From Eutreptiella sp. 'Long Island Sound 2002' (Eukaryota; Protista; Euglenida): a stretch of 64,000 bases of DNA. The notes under the pieces were generated by a model, which searched no databases, was not told the DNA's origin, and saw only the letters and a list, made by a program, of their open reading frames with translations. Positions 58,749-64,000 of the stretch are shown piece after piece. Positions within the stretch are counted from its first letter, which is position 1. Every line of letters starts with the position of its first letter. Location: positions 173,848,001 to 173,912,000 of the forward strand of contig OZ038378.1 in NCBI GenBank assembly GCA_964036045.1, written 5' to 3'. Made by a program: the position numbers and the translations under genes.

Positions 58749-60752
58749 GAAGGGTGATTTTGAATAATTTTTTTGTGCTCCCTGGTGGTGGTGGTGACGG
58801 ATGGTGCCGCCGGCACAGCAGCACAATGGTCACGCGACACTACGTTCTTTGGGTTCAGCAATGTCCACGACTGTGCACTGTTGTCTCGTCTACTGTGTGG
58901 ATGACAGTGAGGGGAGGTGGAAGGAGGTGCGTGGGGTTTGGTTGGGCGAAGCAGCAAGTGCCAAGCCCATGGGGGGAAAACCAATTTAAACTAAAGTTTA
59001 TGCAGTAAACTTGAGTTTAAATTGGGCAAGGGGGTGGGAGGAGGGCACCTCGTGAACACTCGCCTAGTGTTTGTTTGTTTTGTGGTGTGCCGTCGCCCTC
59101 CCACCCTCCCTAAAACAACGGGCGCGTGCCGGACGTGCGTGGGTGAGCGCGCAAGGTGTGGCATAGAGTAGCAAGGGCCGCGGGGCGAAGTGTGGCGCAG
59201 GGGCACAGAGCAACTCGCCAGCGAACGGCCTCGATGGGGCCGTGACACGTTTCACGGGAGAACCACCGCCCACCACAGGCACAGGTACAGGCGCGGCCGT
59301 CGCACAGGCGATGGACCAACGTATATGTGTGTCGTATAAACGTCTATCGGGACCGTGGATGTCCCCTACCATGCACCACCCGCACCACCCTGTGCTCCCT
59401 GTTGGTGGTGGTGACGGATGGTGCCGCCGGCACAGCAGCACAATGGTCACGCGACACTACGTTCTTTGGGTTCAGCAATGTCCACGACTGTGCACTGTTG
59501 TCTCGTCTACTGTGTGGATGACAGTGAGGGGAGGTGGAAGGAGGTGCGTGGGGTTTGGTTGGGCGAAGCAGCAAGTGCCAAGCCCATGGGGGGAAAACCA
59601 ATTTAAACATGTGTGCCTCTTGCATGCCCCTGCATAGTTGTACTTTACGGGGGTGTTGCTTGATCCGTGCGTGCACCGTGCGCGCACCGTGCATACTTTT
59701 GGGTATTGTTTATTACCCAGATCCAGAACGCCTGATTTTTTTTCCACAAAATGGGGTTCTTCATGGTTGTTGTGGATGCAGGACAGCTATTCAGCTGTTG
59801 GTTGACCATTGGTTGCCCCGTTTTTGAAAAATTCCCTTTCCAAATTTTTCTTTCTTTCTATGAAATGGTGCATTCTGTTGGCTGAGTGCTATGGTAAGAG
59901 GGGAGGGGTTCTTCGCCCAGAAAGGGGGGTGCGAGACGACGCCGTGGCGCTCATATGATCTGAGAGAGCGTGGTGGTGACTGCACTGAAAATAAACCCCT
60001 CTCTGTGTGTCTTGTCCCCTCCCGCTTGGGCACAACCCTTCACTGTGCGGGGGAAGGCTTTTATGCATCAGGCCAGCATAATTTCGCTGTTTCTGTACAA
60101 CCAGATAAACTTAAAATGCTTGCAACCTGACCTTTGGAACGCTAGGTGGAGAATTTCAGTTCAATTCTGGTATACTAGCAAGAGCTGCAAGATGCAGAAA
60201 TTAGGACCCTGGGACCTGTGACAAGCATCAGAACAAAAAATAAAAATTCCTGGTATGCGAGCAAGGGCTGCAGGGTGCAGAAATTGGGACCCTGGGTGTG
60301 GTTTTGTGGGAGCTGTTCAACGGGGTAGAAGCTGGGTGCATATTCCAAAAACATTGAACCGTGCGCGCACCGTGCACACACCGTGCGACAACTCCCCCTA
60401 CAAGCCTGAGTGGGTTGTTCATAGGGACAGTGGAGTACCAAGTTGAAGGCAGTTTCGTTGTTCTCATGTGGGCTTTGCTGCTTCGCCGTGCTACCAGATA
60501 GGTGACAGGTATTCTTGGGTGAGTATCCCGGCCTCTGCGTGCGCAACAACTTGGCCTAATGCACTCGCGGAGTATGAACAGTTGGGCCAACTGTTCATAC
60601 TCCGCCAGGCACTGGAATATGGCACATGTGCAGCCGCAGCATGCCGCAGCATGCTGCAGCACTCGTTTTTTGGAGCTGCACATAGGGGTTTGGAAGCATG
60701 CCGCAGCATGCCGCAGCATCCAATTTTTTGGCTTCGTGTGTCTGTCTGCCTG

Positions 60753-60920
60753 CTCCTCCGACGACCACGCTCTGCTTGCCATGTTGAGCGAACGTTCAGT
60801 ATGATGGGCCACATCCAGACAAAGGACCGTTTGCATATGGGCAACAACAGTTTGCGCCATTTGGCTATGATGTATGTCAACAAACCCGCTACAGACGATC
60901 CGGATGGTGAAAGTGATTAA
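60753..60920 (+). pseudogene. hAT transposase C-terminal dimerisation fragment
   Basis: PRSACHVERTFSMMGHIQTKDRLHMGNNSLRHLAMMYVN aligns with PHTSCDVERSFSVWKRVRSDKQQSM at 37.1 kb. Confidence 0.6.
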
Positions 60921-62089
60921 TTCGGCCCAACAGTGTTGTCCATGGTGTCTCTTGTTTGTGAGTTCAATTTCCCACAGATGCGTAGGTACCCGCATGTGCA
61001 GGTAAAAGCATGCCGCAGCATGCCGCAGCACAAGAAATTTTTCCAAGGGACCGCACATGCTTGGTTGGGGGGTATGCACAATACACGGAAGCCTCTCTTC
61101 TGCACCATTTTTGCAAGCGGGTGCGACAGTGTTGCACAACCCTACACACTTCCATTGCTACTTCGCGTCGCCGCATCATTGTTTGGAAGCGCCAGGGAAC
61201 CTTCCTCCTTGACTACTACGACACACTGATGGAAACGTGTACCACAAAGAAAGCAAAAGTTTGGGTTACCCCTGCGTTCTCTGATACATCGATCAATGCA
61301 GGTATTTACAACTATCGCTGCTCAGCTATTAAGCAAGAAATGGTCCACCGTGGAGGACCTTTTCCGAGCCGATGCAGCCATCGCACATCACCTGACAAAG
61401 CATTCTTTGCGTTGCAACTCTGAACACCCCGACTCCAAGAGGATCTGCATGCCCCACACCCCCCCACTCCCCTCAGAAAGAAAGAAAATCATTTCAGTTT
61501 TTCTTGTGCTCCAGTAGCACACTGGGATGCCTACAGGTGTGGCAGTTCCCGCTGCATTTCCTGGTATCACTTTATACGCACTACGTGGTATGTCTGCTAC
61601 CACATTGCTTCGTGGGACAATCGTGGCACTGGACAGCTCTGATCCTTGGTTCTGAGAGATTTCTCGATTGCCTTTTGGTGAGCGGGCTTTGCCAGCTTGC
61701 CAAGGCCTAGACACCCTCCCCCCCCCCCCCCCCCCCCCGCCTTCAAAAAAATAAAGGCGGGAGTTTGGAAGTTTGGAGGAAACAACAGCATCCATTGAGG
61801 GTCGAAGAGTTTCCAATGGTATTTCACAACCGGCACCAAATTTTCCGCACCCGCTTTTGCCTGCCCAAATTCTTCCACACACCCATTCCCCTGGTCCCCG
61901 AATATGGTAGTCCGCAGCTGCGACTGCTGCTGCCTAACGAGGCATTCCGTCCATCAAATACAGTCAATGAGCGCCCCTTGACACAAGCATTGAGTAGCTG
62001 ACGGTTGGAAGTGGTCCGATAGTCCACTGCCACAATGGGACGGCACAGGAATGGGTGGCGTGTTTTCTTGTATGATACCTTATCCGGTA

Positions 62090-62330
62090 TAGGCTGTGCA
62101 GTGGGGCCAGGCCCGTTGCTGCTGCCTTGCTAGCGCCTCCCAGAAGGGAAAGGCCCTGCAGCCGCCGGTGGTGACAATTGAGGTCTCCTTTTGGGCGGTT
62201 TGGGTCTTCATGGCTCTTTATAAATTGGGGGCTTACTCTCAAGGGATGGGCCGGGCTGGGAGGAAGGCACCCATCCCAACGTGGTCGACGGATTTGTACA
62301 TGCACCACCTTGTTGTCCAAATCCATATTA
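62090..62330 (-). pseudogene. Possible RNase H tail of a decayed LINE
   Basis: LDNKVVHVQIRRP...QFIKSHED...ASKAAA resembles MDNQAVVLWTPRP...WAPSQ...DKWAK at 51.8 kb. Confidence 0.35.
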
Positions 62331-64000
62331 GAAGATTAATTCACAGGACGCTAGCATTTCGCCAGTGACCACGCGGAGAACAATGGTGTTTTGTGGCAGA
62401 GTGACAGGGTGGCCCTGTCCAAGGTGCGCCTTTGCGGTGCGTTTGCTGAAATTACACCCAAAGTACTGTTTGAGATGCCAGAGTGATTCTGGAGGGTCGC
62501 GACCATCGCTTCATTATGGCCAAGCTACGGTCTGCAACAATCTGTGACGGCGCTTCCGCCGCTGTATTCTTGACAGTTCACTGAGGGCGTTTCCCAGAGT
62601 GATCCCGGAGGGTGACGACCATCGTCACTTTATGGCCAAGGTGTGAAACGATATCTACATCCCCTGCACGTCTTTGTCATGGATATCCATACCTCACAGT
62701 CCTCACAAGTCTTTTGTTTTGTTTCTCTCTTTTACCCGAAATAAAGCAGGTGAGACGCCGTCAAGGCATGACAGTCACATCCCGCTGCAGCCGCCGGTGG
62801 CAGTGTACAAGTTTCAAGTATACATCCCACCGTCCTCTGATGGCATGTGGATCCTCCACACGGGATAATACATGCTGTACTTTATCTGCCACACAGATCC
62901 GGTCCGTCTGACCGAGCGCTTACGAGGCACACGTAAGTCTGAGAAAAAAAACAATAAAACGGTGCGCCCTGTCCGAGCTGGCCCTTGTCCCAGCCATGCC
63001 TTGTCCATTACCCCCCCCCCCCACCCCTGCCCCTTGCAAAAACAACAGTAGGCGTTGTTTCGGCAACTTTTGGAACTTAATCGTCGTTCTCGCAAGGTAG
63101 GGGGGTACAAGCCCCACGTTATCCAAGCTATGCCTAGTTTATTCTAAGCTTTGTCCAAGCTGCGCTATCCTTATTGGGCACCAAAATTAGTTTAGTTTTT
63201 GTGTCACCATCAGAGGCCACCTTGTTTGTGGTATCTTCTGAAGTGTCCGCATGTACGCGAATCCAGTCTCTGCCAACCCAATGATCCAACCTGGCTCCCC
63301 CTCCCGAGTGTGTGTGGGGGGTGCATCACCACCCTTCACCACCATTTCCTGTTTCATGTTGAAACAGTCGTCTCCCACAGGGGGCTGATACTCTTGCTGA
63401 GAGCGGAGTCCTGTGGCAGACCGTCAGTTTGCGGTTATTTCCTTGTTTCCACTCATGTTAAGCACAATGTCACAAAGATCAAACAACATGACCCGCAAAG
63501 GTGTTCTGCTGGAAGAAATTGATGCCTCTGTCGTATGCGCGCACGATAAGCCTTGCCTAGCCTGGTCTACACCACACCCGTTGCTCCCTGTATGCTCCCC
63601 ATTAGTGACGTACCTCATTTCCAAACATTTTGCTTTTAGTGGAGTGCACTTGCTGTGTGTTAGGCTCGGCCGTCCTGAGCAATGCTGTATTTGGGCTGAG
63701 GCTTTGTGTAACCTGAACCAAGAAGGGTTCCTGGAGTGCAACAGAAGCCCAAAATGCCCAATCGATCCAATGTCCAACAGTATCCAACATGTTGATTGTG
63801 GTGCAGTCAAATCAGTAGCCAGCGTTGTACCCCCCCCCCCCCCCTTGTCTAAGCTACGCCCTTGTCCAAGCTACAGTAGGTCTGTCGGTGGGGACCTATT
63901 GCTGAACTTTCCACTGTTCTATGGCCAAGCTACAGTAGGCGTAGGGACCGTATTAATTTGGTACCTAATTTTAATTCGGTACCAAATTTAGTGCAACCAC

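Larger units (their letters stand above)
53543..59608 (+). mobile_element. Complete tyrosine-recombinase retrotransposon with split direct repeats; gag-YR-RT-RH order (VIPER/TATE-like)
   Basis: A1 53543-53653 equals A2 58989-59099 (111 bp, identical). B1 58774-58991 equals B2 59391-59608 (218 bp, 1 mismatch). Internal gag, YR, RT and RNase H motifs are present. Confidence 0.92.

Noticed and set aside
60606-60752. Euglenid non-conventional intron bounded by CAG and CTG
   Set aside because: Terminal complementarity is only 6 bp, and removal does not clearly restore the expected hAT spacing.
63955-63988. 11-bp inverted repeat with 12-bp spacer resembling a recombinase site
   Set aside because: AT-rich, inside a CCAAGCTA-repeat element cut by the window end, with no link to the YR element sequence.

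Overview
Repeat-rich eukaryotic genomic DNA with long C/G homopolymers, microsatellites, MITEs and decayed LINE, hAT and Harbinger-like remnants. A euglenozoan (euglenid-like) origin is my inference only. The main feature is a structurally complete, young tyrosine-recombinase retrotransposon at 53543-59608. Its order is A1-gag(zinc knuckle)-YR-RT-RNaseH-orphan ORF4-B1-A2-spacer-B2, with split direct repeats. It has three cis-features I cannot place in any family description: a 20-bp-stem hairpin that exists only across the B/A junction, an AAC crossover core whose removal restores the frame of the transposase it interrupted, and a 12-mer (GCAGCAAGTGCC) placed upstream of each ORF. Probable host-type genes are an ASH2L-like PHD-winged-helix protein (8.8-10.5 kb, +), a SET/PR-domain protein with a long repeat N-terminus (14.2-17.2 kb, -), a four-TM Cys-rich membrane protein (20.5-21.5 kb), a spliced IQ-motif gene (exons 29.1-34.1 kb) and a Pro/Ser/Arg-rich protein (43.0-44.4 kb). 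An internally deleted hAT element with 6-bp TSD and two predicted introns lies at 35857-37505. All family calls come from motif recognition by eye; no database search was run.
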